A stretch of DNA of 64,000 nt from Epithemia pelagica (taxonomy: Eukaryota > Protista > Bacillariophyta): assembly GCA_946965045.2 (NCBI GenBank), contig OX337234.1:2852001-2916000 (forward strand). The letters run 5' to 3'. Below the pieces are notes generated by a model that did no database searches, was not told the DNA's origin, and saw only the letters and a list, made by a program, of their open reading frames with translations. Below, one piece after another: positions 9,003 to 18,867 of the stretch; the stretch's first letter is position 1, and each line of letters begins with the position of its first letter. A program made the translations under genes and the position numbers.

Positions 9003-10511
9003 ATGGCCGCTCCAGCTGCAATGCGCCAGGCGTTCATCCGCCTCCAGTTCTCCAACCCGGCATCCCAGTACCTTGTGGACCGCCAAGGACTCTCCTCGAT
9101 CGAAGATCTCCGCGACTTGGACGACGACGGCGTCACCAATCTCTGTAAGGCCGTCCGTCGCCCCGGTGGTGTCCAAGCTCCTCCTGCCGCTGCGGCAGGA
9201 GTGGCAGCTCCGCCGCCTGTCCCTAATCCAGGCTTTGAGGTTTCTATCCTAGCCGAGACGAATCTCAAGTTGGCATGTTACTTTGTCCGCCACCGTATCC
9301 GCATCGATCGGGCCACCACGCCGAACGATTTGACGATGGCGAACATTCGCCCTATGCGAGACCTCAAAGAATATGAGACCATGCACGATGATCCGGAAGC
9401 ACCCGAGCTCGACAATCGTGACTGGCCGCGGAACATCGAGTTGATTAAGGAGTACTTTGCCGAGTGCCGAGGCACGTCCGGTATACCTTTGGCGTACGTG
9501 ATCCGGACGGACGAATTCCCCGGAGCTGACCCGCAAGGCGGATTTGAGTCCGACGAGGCCGAGATGATTGCACGCGCTCGTCACCATGTTGGAAACGGAC
9601 CGAACGACGGTTTTACCCGTCAGTACTTGCAGGATCGAGCCAAGGTTTGGATCCGTTTGTCCGCTATGTGCGAACGGATGGATTGTTCCACCTACATCGG
9701 CAAGGCGAGCCGAAATCGCGACGGGCGAGCGGCTTATCAAGCCTTGTTTGACCATTACTTAGGGCCGAACAACGCAAATAATTTGGCCAACGAAGCTGAA
9801 CGGAAACTTATGAACACGAGTTACAACGGTGAACATAAGCGGTTCAACTTCGAGAAATACTGTAAGATTCACGTGAATCAACACGCAATCTTGGAAGGAT
9901 TACGCCAGCAGGGCGTACATCCTGGCATCGATGACCGTTCTAAGGTTCGGCATCTGATGGACGGAATCAAGACCGACCAATTTCAAGCGGTGAAGACGCG
10001 AATCATGTCGGATGATTCTCTACAAGCCGATTTCACCCGTGCCGTCTCCTTGTTTAAGGATTTCTTAGCACAGCGCCCATCGGCTAGTCAGTCTCAAGTA
10101 TCGAGTATCAGTACCAAGACTGATTCTAATTCTGGTAAGACTAAGTCTGGGGGGAAGGCTAGTGGCGGTGTAGAAGACCGATATTATAAGAAAGACGAAT
10201 ATCAGAAGCTTTCTCACGCCCAGCGCAAGAAGTTGAAGGAAATGCGGGAGAATCGCACGGGCAAGGGCGATTCCAGCAAGCCCAAAGAGATGAAGTTCTT
10301 TTCCAAGAAGTTTCAGAGGAACATCGCTGCCCTGTCCGTTCTCGCGAAGAATTCAATGAGCTTGCCCCCATTGCGCGATCCACCTCGAGCCAGCGGCAAT
10401 GACTCATCGTCGGATAGTTCTGATGATGATGCCAAGCCTGCGGGAAAGCGCAAGCCCGAGTCGAATCGCGACAATCCGGCGCTAACCCGCCAGAAGAAAT
10501 CACGGAAATGA
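9003..10511 (+). CDS. gag: Gag-like protein of CoDi retrotransposon
   Basis: ATG at 9003; motifs GIPLAYVIR, GRAAYQALFDHYLG, FNFEKYCKIH, KVRHLMDGI and YYKKDEYQKLSHAQRKKL typical of diatom copia Gag. Confidence 0.85.
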   Translation: MAAPAAMRQAFIRLQFSNPASQYLVDRQGLSSIEDLRDLDDDGVTNLCKAVRRPGGVQAPPAAAAGVAAPPPVPNPGFEVSILAETNLKLACYFVRHRIRIDRATTPNDLTMANIRPMRDLKEYETMHDDPEAPELDNRDWPRNIELIKEYFAECRGTSGIPLAYVIRTDEFPGADPQGGFESDEAEMIARARHHVGNGPNDGFTRQYLQDRAKVWIRLSAMCERMDCSTYIGKASRNRDGRAAYQALFDHYLGPNNANNLANEAERKLMNTSYNGEHKRFNFEKYCKIHVNQHAILEGLRQQGVHPGIDDRSKVRHLMDGIKTDQFQAVKTRIMSDDSLQADFTRAVSLFKDFLAQRPSASQSQVSSISTKTDSNSGKTKSGGKASGGVEDRYYKKDEYQKLSHAQRKKLKEMRENRTGKGDSSKPKEMKFFSKKFQRNIAALSVLAKNSMSLPPLRDPPRASGNDSSSDSSDDDAKPAGKRKPESNRDNPALTRQKKSRK

Positions 10512-13500
10512 GCGGTGGTCCGCTCAGTGCGTGTCGGTGCGGTTGACACGTCCGACGAGGGCGAGTCTCGTACCGAGCTTGATAGTCATGCGGACACGTG
10601 TGTTGTTGGAAGGTCTGCGATGGTTGTACAGGACTATGGCCGCCCTGTGGATGTCAAGGGATATGATTTTTCTCAGGGTGTGGTTCACAAGAGTTGCAAG
10701 ACTATAGGTGCGGCTCTAGCTTACGATTGCCCCGATACCAGAGAAGTCTTGATCCTAATCGTGAACCAGGCCATTTATATACCATCGCTTACTCACAACC
10801 TCCTGTGCCCTATGCAGTTGTGGATGAATGACGTGCAAGTTTCGGACCAACCGAAATTCTTGACCGATAATCCCGACAATAAGACACACGCACTGGTCCT
10901 GAAAGATCAGGACGATGAGGATTTTGTGATACCCCTTGATTTATGTGGTGTCACTTCCTATTTCCCTACAAGGACCCCCACTTCCGACGAATATGCCTCA
11001 TGTCGTCGCTTTGATTTGACTAGTCCCGACCCGCCGTGGGACCCCCAAAATGACTCTTTCGCTCGGGATGAAATGTCGGCCCGAGCGGCCCTCCAACGAT
11101 CGATTTCCACCGTTCGCTCAAGGGGACCCAATGACCCTTTCACGACTTTGCTTTCTGATTCGCGACCGTCGGAAACCGCATGCTTCGCGACTGCTCTGCA
11201 AGCACGCGTGGCGACTCTTTCCGTTACACAAACTACCCCTTCTGGAAAAGCTATCGATGCCAAGACTTTGGCACGTCGATGGGGATGTGGATTGGAACGT
11301 GCAGCGGATACCCTTCGAGTGACGGCGCAACGTGGTCTACGTACCACATTGAGCCCTCTGAACAAGAGGTTCACGACGAACGACCGGTTTCACCGATACC
11401 GGCCATTGCCTCATGCCATATTCACGGACACTATGTTTTCGAAGGTGAAGTCTAGGCTGGGTAATACTTGTGCCCAAGTCTTCACGGCAAGGAATGGATG
11501 GACTAGAGCGTACCCTCTGGCCTCGAATGGCGATGCACACGAAGCTTTGTCGTTGTTGCTCCAGAGGGAAGGCCGTCCACCGGAACTTATCATGGATGGT
11601 GCCGCGGAACAGGTCAAGGGCAAGTTCAGGAAGAAGTCTAGAGAGGCTGGTTGTCGAGTGAAACAGTTGGAGCCCTATACTCCATGGGCAAATGCGGCTG
11701 AGAGTGCAATTAGGGAGTTGAAGCGTGGTACCGGACGGAAAATGGTCTCAACTAAATCTCCCAAGGTATTGTGGGATCATTGCCTCGAGTTGGAAGCCTA
11801 TATCAGATCGGCTACATGTCATAGTAATTTCGAGCTGTCAGGTCAAGTCCCGGAAACGGCAATGTACGGGGAGACCTTCGACATTTCACTCTTGGCTGGA
11901 TATGGGTGGTACGACTGGGTTTATTACTACGACTCAGCGGCCAACTACCCGGAAGACAAGGAGAAACTGGGTAGGTACCTAGGTCCTGCGACGGACATGG
12001 GACCCGCACATGCAATTAAGATCCTAGCCGAGTCAGGAATGATCAAGATTCGCTCGACCTACCGACATCTGACGGACGACGAAATCCGTGACCCGACTGA
12101 AATAGAGAAGAGAAAAGACTACACGAGCAAGGTCAACGAGAAGTTAGGCAGTGTAGCTAAAGTCGAAGACTACGATGGTCTAGTTGATGTGGAAACGCCG
12201 ACCTACGAGGCGTATGAAGACGATGATGACCCCAAGCCACCGATTGCACCCGACATTGACGACATCACACCAGACACCTACGACAACTACTTTGGAGCCG
12301 ACGTCTTGTTGCCGAAGGGTGATGCAATGGTGACCGGCAAGGTGAAAAGACGGTCCAAGACCAGCGATGGCCGTCTCAAGGGGACGTCGTCCCACAACCC
12401 GATTCTAGACTCGAGAGTTTATGTTGTTGAGTTTCCAGACGGCGAGACGTCTGAGTATGCCGCGAATGTCATCGCGGAAAATATGTATGCGCAGTGCGAT
12501 GCCGAGGGAAACCAATTCTTGCTGTTGGACAGCATTGTTGACCATCGCAAGACCAAAGCCGCTGTCGACCACGATAACCGCCACGTTGTCGTCCGAGGAC
12601 GGAAGCACAAGAAGAAGACGACGAAAGGGTGGGAGTTGTGCGTCCAGTGGCGTGACGGATCAACGTCCTGGGAGCGCCTGGCCGGACTGAAGGAATCAAA
12701 TCCGATTGAAGTGGCGGAGTACGCCATCGCAAAGCAGATTGAAAACGAGCCAGCGTTTGATTGGTGGGTGAGTAAGTTCCTCCGACGACGAGATCGGATA
12801 CTCGCCGCCGTCAACAGCCGCTACCACAAGCGGACGCACAAGTTTGGGATCGAAATCCCCAAGACTGTTGCCGAAGCATACAAACTGGACAGAAGGAACG
12901 GCAACGACTTGTGGCGAAAGGCCATCGAGAAAGAGATGGAAGCTGTTCGAGTGGCGTTCAAGTTGATGGAAGACGACGAGAAACCAGCTCCTGGCTTCCA
13001 GGAGATCCGATGCCACATGGTTTTCGACGTAAAAATGGAAGATTTCAGGAGAAAAGCACGGTTTGTAGCGGGCGGACACACAACAGAGGCACCAGCAACA
13101 TTGACTTATGCCAGTGTTGTATCTCGAGAAAGTGTTCGTATTGCCCTCACTATTGCCGCTCTCAACGACCTAGAGGTCAAAACGTCCGACATCAAGAATG
13201 CTTATTTAACTGCGCCGAACAGTGAGAAAATCTGGACTGTACTGGGCCCCGAGTTCGGGTCCAACGCTGGGAAGCGTGCATATATTGTACGAGCATTGTA
13301 TGGGTTAAAGAGTGCCGGTGCAAGTTTCCGCAACCACCTTGCGAGTTGTATGAGAACTCTTGGGTACGATCCGTGCTTGGGTGCTGATCGAGACTTGTGG
13401 ATGAAGCCTATGACACGTCCGAGTGACGGTCACAAGTACTATGCCTATGTATTGTTGTACGTAGACGATGTCTTGGCCATATCGCACGATGCGACTGCGA

Positions 13501-13847
13501 TGTTACACGAGTTAGATCATTTCTTCCCTATGAAGCCGGGCTCGATTGGAAATCCTGACATGTACCTTGGAGGGAAGCTTAAGCCCATGACCATGCCCAA
13601 TTCCGTTGTCAGTTGGGCTATAAGTTCGAGCAAGTATGTACAAGAAGCTGTTTTGAATGTTGAGACGTATTTGGAACGCGAGTGTGGCGGTCGCAAGCTC
13701 GCAAAACGCGCGGCGACTCCGTTCCCATCAGAATATGACCCAGTTCTGGACGTGACGGATCAACTGAATGAAGACGAGGTGTCGTTCTACCAGCCTAGAT
13801 TGGCGTCCTCAGATGGATGGTTGAACTGGGAAGGGTGGATATCATGA
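10512..13847 (+). CDS. pol: Pol polyprotein (protease, integrase, chromo-like segment, RT), interrupted by a frameshift near 13795
   Basis: ELDSHADTCV (PR); FTDTMFS / IMDGAAEQ / NAAESAIRELK (IN DDE); RKARFVAGGH, DIKNAYL, ALYGLKSAG, LYVDD (RT). In frame with gag after a single TGA. Confidence 0.9.
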   Translation, partial: AVVRSVRVGAVDTSDEGESRTELDSHADTCVVGRSAMVVQDYGRPVDVKGYDFSQGVVHKSCKTIGAALAYDCPDTREVLILIVNQAIYIPSLTHNLLCPMQLWMNDVQVSDQPKFLTDNPDNKTHALVLKDQDDEDFVIPLDLCGVTSYFPTRTPTSDEYASCRRFDLTSPDPPWDPQNDSFARDEMSARAALQRSISTVRSRGPNDPFTTLLSDSRPSETACFATALQARVATLSVTQTTPSGKAIDAKTLARRWGCGLERAADTLRVTAQRGLRTTLSPLNKRFTTNDRFHRYRPLPHAIFTDTMFSKVKSRLGNTCAQVFTARNGWTRAYPLASNGDAHEALSLLLQREGRPPELIMDGAAEQVKGKFRKKSREAGCRVKQLEPYTPWANAAESAIRELKRGTGRKMVSTKSPKVLWDHCLELEAYIRSATCHSNFELSGQVPETAMYGETFDISLLAGYGWYDWVYYYDSAANYPEDKEKLGRYLGPATDMGPAHAIKILAESGMIKIRSTYRHLTDDEIRDPTEIEKRKDYTSKVNEKLGSVAKVEDYDGLVDVETPTYEAYEDDDDPKPPIAPDIDDITPDTYDNYFGADVLLPKGDAMVTGKVKRRSKTSDGRLKGTSSHNPILDSRVYVVEFPDGETSEYAANVIAENMYAQCDAEGNQFLLLDSIVDHRKTKAAVDHDNRHVVVRGRKHKKKTTKGWELCVQWRDGSTSWERLAGLKESNPIEVAEYAIAKQIENEPAFDWWVSKFLRRRDRILAAVNSRYHKRTHKFGIEIPKTVAEAYKLDRRNGNDLWRKAIEKEMEAVRVAFKLMEDDEKPAPGFQEIRCHMVFDVKMEDFRRKARFVAGGHTTEAPATLTYASVVSRESVRIALTIAALNDLEVKTSDIKNAYLTAPNSEKIWTVLGPEFGSNAGKRAYIVRALYGLKSAGASFRNHLASCMRTLGYDPCLGADRDLWMKPMTRPSDGHKYYAYVLLYVDDVLAISHDATAMLHELDHFFPMKPGSIGNPDMYLGGKLKPMTMPNSVVSWAISSSKYVQEAVLNVETYLERECGGRKLAKRAATPFPSEYDPVLDVTDQLNEDEVSFYQPRLASSDGWLNWEGWIS

Positions 13848-14578
13848 CCGAAACATCATTGTTAGCATCCCAAGTGGCAAGTCCACGACAAGGACATTTG
13901 GAAGCAGTGTTCCATATGTATTCCTATTTGAAAATCAAGCACAATGCCAGAATGGCATTTGATCCGACCTATCCCGAGATAGACCTCCGAGAATTTCGTG
14001 AAGATTGCAATTGGAAGGAGTTCTACGGTGATGTAAAGGAGGCAGTTCCACCGAATGCACCAAAGGCACGTGGTAAAGAAGTGGATCTGCGACTGTATGT
14101 TGACTCGGATCATGCTGGTGACAAGATGGTACGGCGATCTAGAACTGGATTCTTCATCTTTATGAATATGGCACCTATCATGTGGTATACCAAGCGACAA
14201 GCGACCATCGAAACATCCGTTTTTGGAGCTGAGTTTGTCGCAATGAAGACGGGCATGGAGGCCGTCAGGGGACTACGCTACAAATTACGGATGATGGGAG
14301 TGCCGTTGTCTGGTCCTACCTATGTTTATGGTGATAACATGTCCGTGATTCATAATACATCGAAGCCGGAATCATCGCTGAAGAAGAAGTCCAATTCTTT
14401 TTGCTATCATGCTGTCAGAGAAGCCGTTGCCATGGGTGAATTGTTGACTACACATATTCCCACGCAGCATAATCCAGCCGATTTGGCCACCAAGGTGATT
14501 CCAGGAGGACAGAAACGCAATCATTTGTTGAGTCTGGTCCTTTGGGATATTACTGATGATCATGGATCCCCAGAGTGA
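13799..14578 (+). CDS. pol: Pol C-terminal part (end of RT + RNase H) in shifted frame
   Basis: IGVLRWMVELGRVDI, YVDSDHAGD...RRSRTG, ETSVFGAEF, GDNMSV and ADLATK RNase H motifs. Confidence 0.9.
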   Translation: MGVLRWMVELGRVDIMTETSLLASQVASPRQGHLEAVFHMYSYLKIKHNARMAFDPTYPEIDLREFREDCNWKEFYGDVKEAVPPNAPKARGKEVDLRLYVDSDHAGDKMVRRSRTGFFIFMNMAPIMWYTKRQATIETSVFGAEFVAMKTGMEAVRGLRYKLRMMGVPLSGPTYVYGDNMSVIHNTSKPESSLKKKSNSFCYHAVREAVAMGELLTTHIPTQHNPADLATKVIPGGQKRNHLLSLVLWDITDDHGSPE

Positions 14579-14699
14579 GTCCTTTCCTCATCATTGTTTA
14601 TGAGGTTTTGTGCAGGTCTTGAGGTTTCCTGGGCCAGTTGGCCCGAATATACTTACTACTGGGATCGCAAACAGTTCTCAATTGGATCGAGTACTGTTT

Positions 14700-14706
14700 G
14701 AGGGGA
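14700..14706 (+). promoter_or_regulatory. Polypurine tract of the retrotransposon
   Basis: GAGGGGA, one base before the 3' LTR. Confidence 0.7.
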
Positions 14707-14707
14707 C

Positions 14708-14860
14708 TAAGAAAGTATGTATGTCGTACGTATGAAAATCGAGAAGATAGGGAGTAGTGACTCTGTAACCTATATTTTAGTTCACTTCTTTGTTTGGAAT
14801 GACTTTTGTACCCGTGCACCCATGACGGTGCTCCGTATGCTCAACGGACGGGTTTTCTTA
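14708..14860 (+). repeat. 3' LTR (153 bp)
   Basis: Direct repeat of 7443-7595. Confidence 0.95.
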
Positions 14861-15268
14861 CTATATGGGGGGCTGTGCGACTTTTTGTTGTGACTCCCTA
14901 TCTGTGCTCTTTAAACGAATGACCTCTCGCGTATTATTAGAAGCATTATATTCTTTTTTGACGCGCTAGGGCGTGATGGCCAAACCCGAAGTGCCTTTCC
15001 CATGTCGTGACTACCTAGCTCTCTAGCTAGAGTAGGTAGTCCTAATACCTCTAGCTCGATGCCCAATACCAGCATTCTGATTTTATAGGAAGCAGATCAA
15101 TATATACGCAAGAGCGCTCTCTAGATAGATCCAAGATGTGGTTATGTTGCTAGATGTAATAGAAGTGGGAAGACGCACCCACGTGGATGACCGACGTTGG
15201 CAATGCCAACGAGCATTCCTTCCCTTTTCCCCCGCCGTGTCGTCGCTCCATCTCATCCTGTTCGGTGC

Positions 15269-16455
15269 TTACGCACCTTTTGGTCGTGTGGAGAGAGCGG
15301 CCAGAACCTCACTCCAAACACCATCCATCCCTTGGTTGGCATTGACCGTTCGGACAATTCCACCGGGAGCGTAATGTTTCAAAATGGGAACCGTTTCCTT
15401 ATGGTAGGCTTGCAATCGCTTCACCAAGGCTGCCGCTGTGTCATCTTTGCGCTGCATTAACAAATCGCCCGTCTCATCATCTTTCATGGACGAGGCAATC
15501 GGTTGCTTGGTTGTTTCATCCAACTTCATGGAAGCGGGTGGAGCATACTTGACATGATAGGATCGTCCCGACGCTTTGTGAATCCATCGTCCACAAATCC
15601 GTTCTTCCAAGACGGAATCCGGCACTTGCAATTCCACCACTTTGGTCACCGAGGCTCCTTCCTTGGCCAACATTTCGTCCAAGGCTTTGGCTTGTTTCAA
15701 GGTCCGAGGAAAGCCATCCAAAATGAATCCAAATCGGCAATCGTCTTGTTGGATGCGATCTTTGATGATTCCCACCACAATATCATCACTCACCAATCCA
15801 CCCGCTTTCATGACGGCTTCGGCGCGTTGGCCCACTTCGGTTTGGGCCGACACGGCCGCGCGCAACATGTCGCCCGTCGACAATTGGGGAATGCCCAACA
15901 AGTCCACAATTTTGGGAGCATGGGTGCCCTTGCCGGCACCGGGAGGTCCAAACAAAATCATGATATTGCGAGGCCAATAGGAACCAAACTTGTCCTCGAC
16001 GGCCTGGACAGCCTCTTCGGTCGAGGATCCAAAGAAACTGGCGGTCGTCGTCGGAGCCAACAAGGGACTGACCAAAGAGGACAATTGACGCTGTAATATA
16101 GCAATGAACAAACAAGGAACACAATACGACAAGAGTCAAGGAAAAGAAGTGGAGAACAATTCCATGAGAAGACATCACCCACAACTCAGTTGGTGCATGC
16201 CAACGAGATGATCATGATTTGGAACCGAGATGCACGTACCTCGCGTTCGATACGAACTTGTGGATCAGCCGACGAGTGGACATAGGCAGCGGCTGACAAC
16301 CCAACTACGGCGGTACAGCCGGCCCATCCCGCCCAAGACGATGACGACGACGACGAAGCGGCGGCAGTGGTCGTTGCCGCCGATCGACGGACTGTGTTGT
16401 TACCAGTCGATCGCAAGGTCGATCGAACCGCAAGACGAGACGAGGATGACAACAT
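15269..16455 (-). CDS. ADK: Adenylate kinase, probably mitochondrial; 2 exons (16455-16240, 16090-15269)
   Basis: P-loop GPPGAGKGT, LSTGDMLR, GFILDGFPRT, LID region, RLQAYH. Exon 1 encodes an Arg/Ser-rich presequence; intron GTACGT...TACAG at 16239-16091 joins in frame. Confidence 0.9.
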
Positions 16456-16917
16456 GATGATGATGGTGAAAGACTGGTAGTAGCAGGACTTGTGAACAAA
16501 TGGAAACACCACTTCTAACGACGCCAAGGACTATTGGATAGATCCATTTGTGATGACCACAGTATCCATAGTGCGTTGCCGAGAAAGGCGACAGGCAAAT
16601 GTCCTTTTCAAGCGCTGAGGCGTGAGATTTTGAACGAATCGTACTATGTGCGAAGTACCACAACTCCGCGTGACTTAGGACGCTTACGTCATCGTTGGGT
16701 CTCGCTCATTTCTCGCTGTCTAAAGAGCGACCAAAGAGGTCACTCAAATCTTTTCGATCGCGGATCTTTGGGAAGATTCCTGCCAACCGTTCATCCTCTG
16801 TTCCGAGAAAGACACCATGAGCAACACCCGTGATCGTTCTATCCTGTAACGTTCTATCCATCCATCACTTGCCTGTCACCACCATCTCCATTCCCTCCTT
16901 CTCTATTCATCACCACC

Positions 16918-18585
16918 ATGAAACGTTTCTTCTCGACAGCCATGAAAGCAGCGTCGTCGTCGCAAGCAGGACGAGGCCGATGGGCCGTGGAAAAGATCTC
17001 GGCCCGTGTCTTTTGTCCTCATCAAGACGATGGTTCGGGTGGACATGCCATTACTGTATTTGCCTGTGATCATGATGAGGATGACCAAGAAGAAGCCGAA
17101 GAACATGGATCTCCATCCATAATGTTGTCGGCCAAAACACGGCAACGATTGGCCCAATCCAGCAACGGTCCCAGTGTCATGGTCTATCCCAACCGAGCAG
17201 CAAGTGACAACGATCGCAGCAGTAGCAGTGACTCCCTCTTGTCCTTTTATCTTCCATCAGGACAAGAAACAACTGTGAGTGCCCATGCGGCCATGGCAGG
17301 AGCCATTCGTGTGGCGGAAGAAACCGACCAGGCAACGCCGTTGGAGTGTACAGTTCCTCCCCGTTCCTCGTCTCAACCAGCCACTGATCCGACAATCTTT
17401 AACCCATTCAAGAAAGCACCCAAAGCAGAGGAGGAGAACAAAGAGTCGTCAGCAGACTCGTCCTTGTCACCGCTCCCCGTGACGGCCGTGGTTCATGAGG
17501 ATGACATTGTATCGTTGCAGTTTGAAAAGGCCACCTTTCGACAAGAAAAAATGATGGAAGAGGAGGAGGCCTCCATGTATCGGTTTATGCGTGACTTTTG
17601 TTCCTTTCAATTGACGACCATTCCCCGTCAAATCAATGTTTCGGCGGATCGTGGCACGGGAGGATTGCCCACCATGATGCGAACCACGTTGGAACTGCCC
17701 AGCACCACCACCCCGCATTCTTTGGTGACCAACAACAACGACGACGACGACCAACCACCATTGCAACCAAAGGACGGCAGCAGCAGCAGCAGTCGTACCG
17801 AAGGACTGGTCTTGAATTTTGGACTGGTCTATGTCATGAACATTGAAACCTTGATGGAAACCTGTCAAGCTCCCGCGATCAACACCAGCAAGAGATGGTC
17901 CTTTTTTCAACGAGCCTGTCGCAATTTAAAGATTGACCAGGGTGTCATTGTGTATACCAATCATCCCGAGCAAGACGGTACCTGGATCTGTCGACATTTT
18001 GCCCCACCGACTGGACCCTTTCCCACCACCACCACCAACACGACGGACTCGGACTCGGACTCGGATTCGACACCTCCCCCAACGTCCGAAGTGGCCTCGT
18101 CAGGGATTGGCATGGCCGCCTTGGCCGCCGCGATTCAAATGGGACAACAAACAGAAATTGATTTGCCCTTTTACAAATTTCAACAAGGACAAGCCATGGG
18201 TCATCCAAGTTTGGTCATGGTGGAAAACATTCAAGTCTTGAGAGATTATGTGGCGGAACGATTGGAAAAAGAGGCCGAAGAAGAATTCGCTCGCCATCAA
18301 GCCATGTCTGTAAAAGAAAAAGAAGAAAAAGAAAAAAAAGAAGCATCCAAGAATCTCAAAACCAACCACAACAAAAATGAGGAGGAGGAGGAAGAAGAAG
18401 AAGATGACGACGAAGCAGCAGAGGCGGAACGAAACCGACTCGCCCGTGAGGCGGAATTGGATGATCCCCAGTATTACGAGATCCACGCCAAGATTAACTT
18501 TACAATCATGGGAAAGATTGAAATTGACGAAACACAAGAAATGGAAATTGAAAATGAGGACACGGACAAAGAGGTGGCTCGATGA
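16918..18585 (+). CDS. PhzF/PhzC-like (diaminopimelate-epimerase fold) protein, divergent
   Basis: Degenerate PhzF blocks: VFC...GGHAITV, FYLPSGQETTVSAHAAMA, CRHFAP...EVASSGIG and FQQGQAMGHPSLV. Presequence-like N-terminus and acidic C-terminus. Confidence 0.55.
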   Translation: MKRFFSTAMKAASSSQAGRGRWAVEKISARVFCPHQDDGSGGHAITVFACDHDEDDQEEAEEHGSPSIMLSAKTRQRLAQSSNGPSVMVYPNRAASDNDRSSSSDSLLSFYLPSGQETTVSAHAAMAGAIRVAEETDQATPLECTVPPRSSSQPATDPTIFNPFKKAPKAEEENKESSADSSLSPLPVTAVVHEDDIVSLQFEKATFRQEKMMEEEEASMYRFMRDFCSFQLTTIPRQINVSADRGTGGLPTMMRTTLELPSTTTPHSLVTNNNDDDDQPPLQPKDGSSSSSRTEGLVLNFGLVYVMNIETLMETCQAPAINTSKRWSFFQRACRNLKIDQGVIVYTNHPEQDGTWICRHFAPPTGPFPTTTTNTTDSDSDSDSTPPPTSEVASSGIGMAALAAAIQMGQQTEIDLPFYKFQQGQAMGHPSLVMVENIQVLRDYVAERLEKEAEEEFARHQAMSVKEKEEKEKKEASKNLKTNHNKNEEEEEEEEDDDEAAEAERNRLAREAELDDPQYYEIHAKINFTIMGKIEIDETQEMEIENEDTDKEVAR

Positions 18586-18867
18586 TTGTACGGACACAAA
18601 TTAGAAACTAACATGTAAGGTGTATGTGAGTAAGTAGGTTGCCAAGATTCCTCATCTCGTTATGTTTCGGATGATGAAGAAGAGCGCGCTTGCTAACATC
18701 TTACACCTGTGAGGTCTCACGTAGACCAAAATACCTACACTGCTGGGTTGATCCAACAAAAAGTGAACATTCTATTACAACAGATCATACTCTTACTTGG
18801 ACTAAGGGGGCGACTGGAATGCCATGCCACTCAGCAAGAGCATGTCGTGAGGGGTAGAAGATCAACG

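Larger units (their letters stand above)
7443..14860 (+). mobile_element. Ty1/copia LTR retrotransposon, diatom CoDi-type
   Basis: Two 153-bp direct LTRs, gag, pol in copia order (PR ELDSHADT, IN, RT YVDD, RNase H), and a PPT before the 3' LTR. Confidence 0.95.

Noticed and set aside
10508-10546. ATGA stop/start overlap as termination-reinitiation signal for pol
   Set aside because: The ATG is out of frame with pol and closes after 12 codons.
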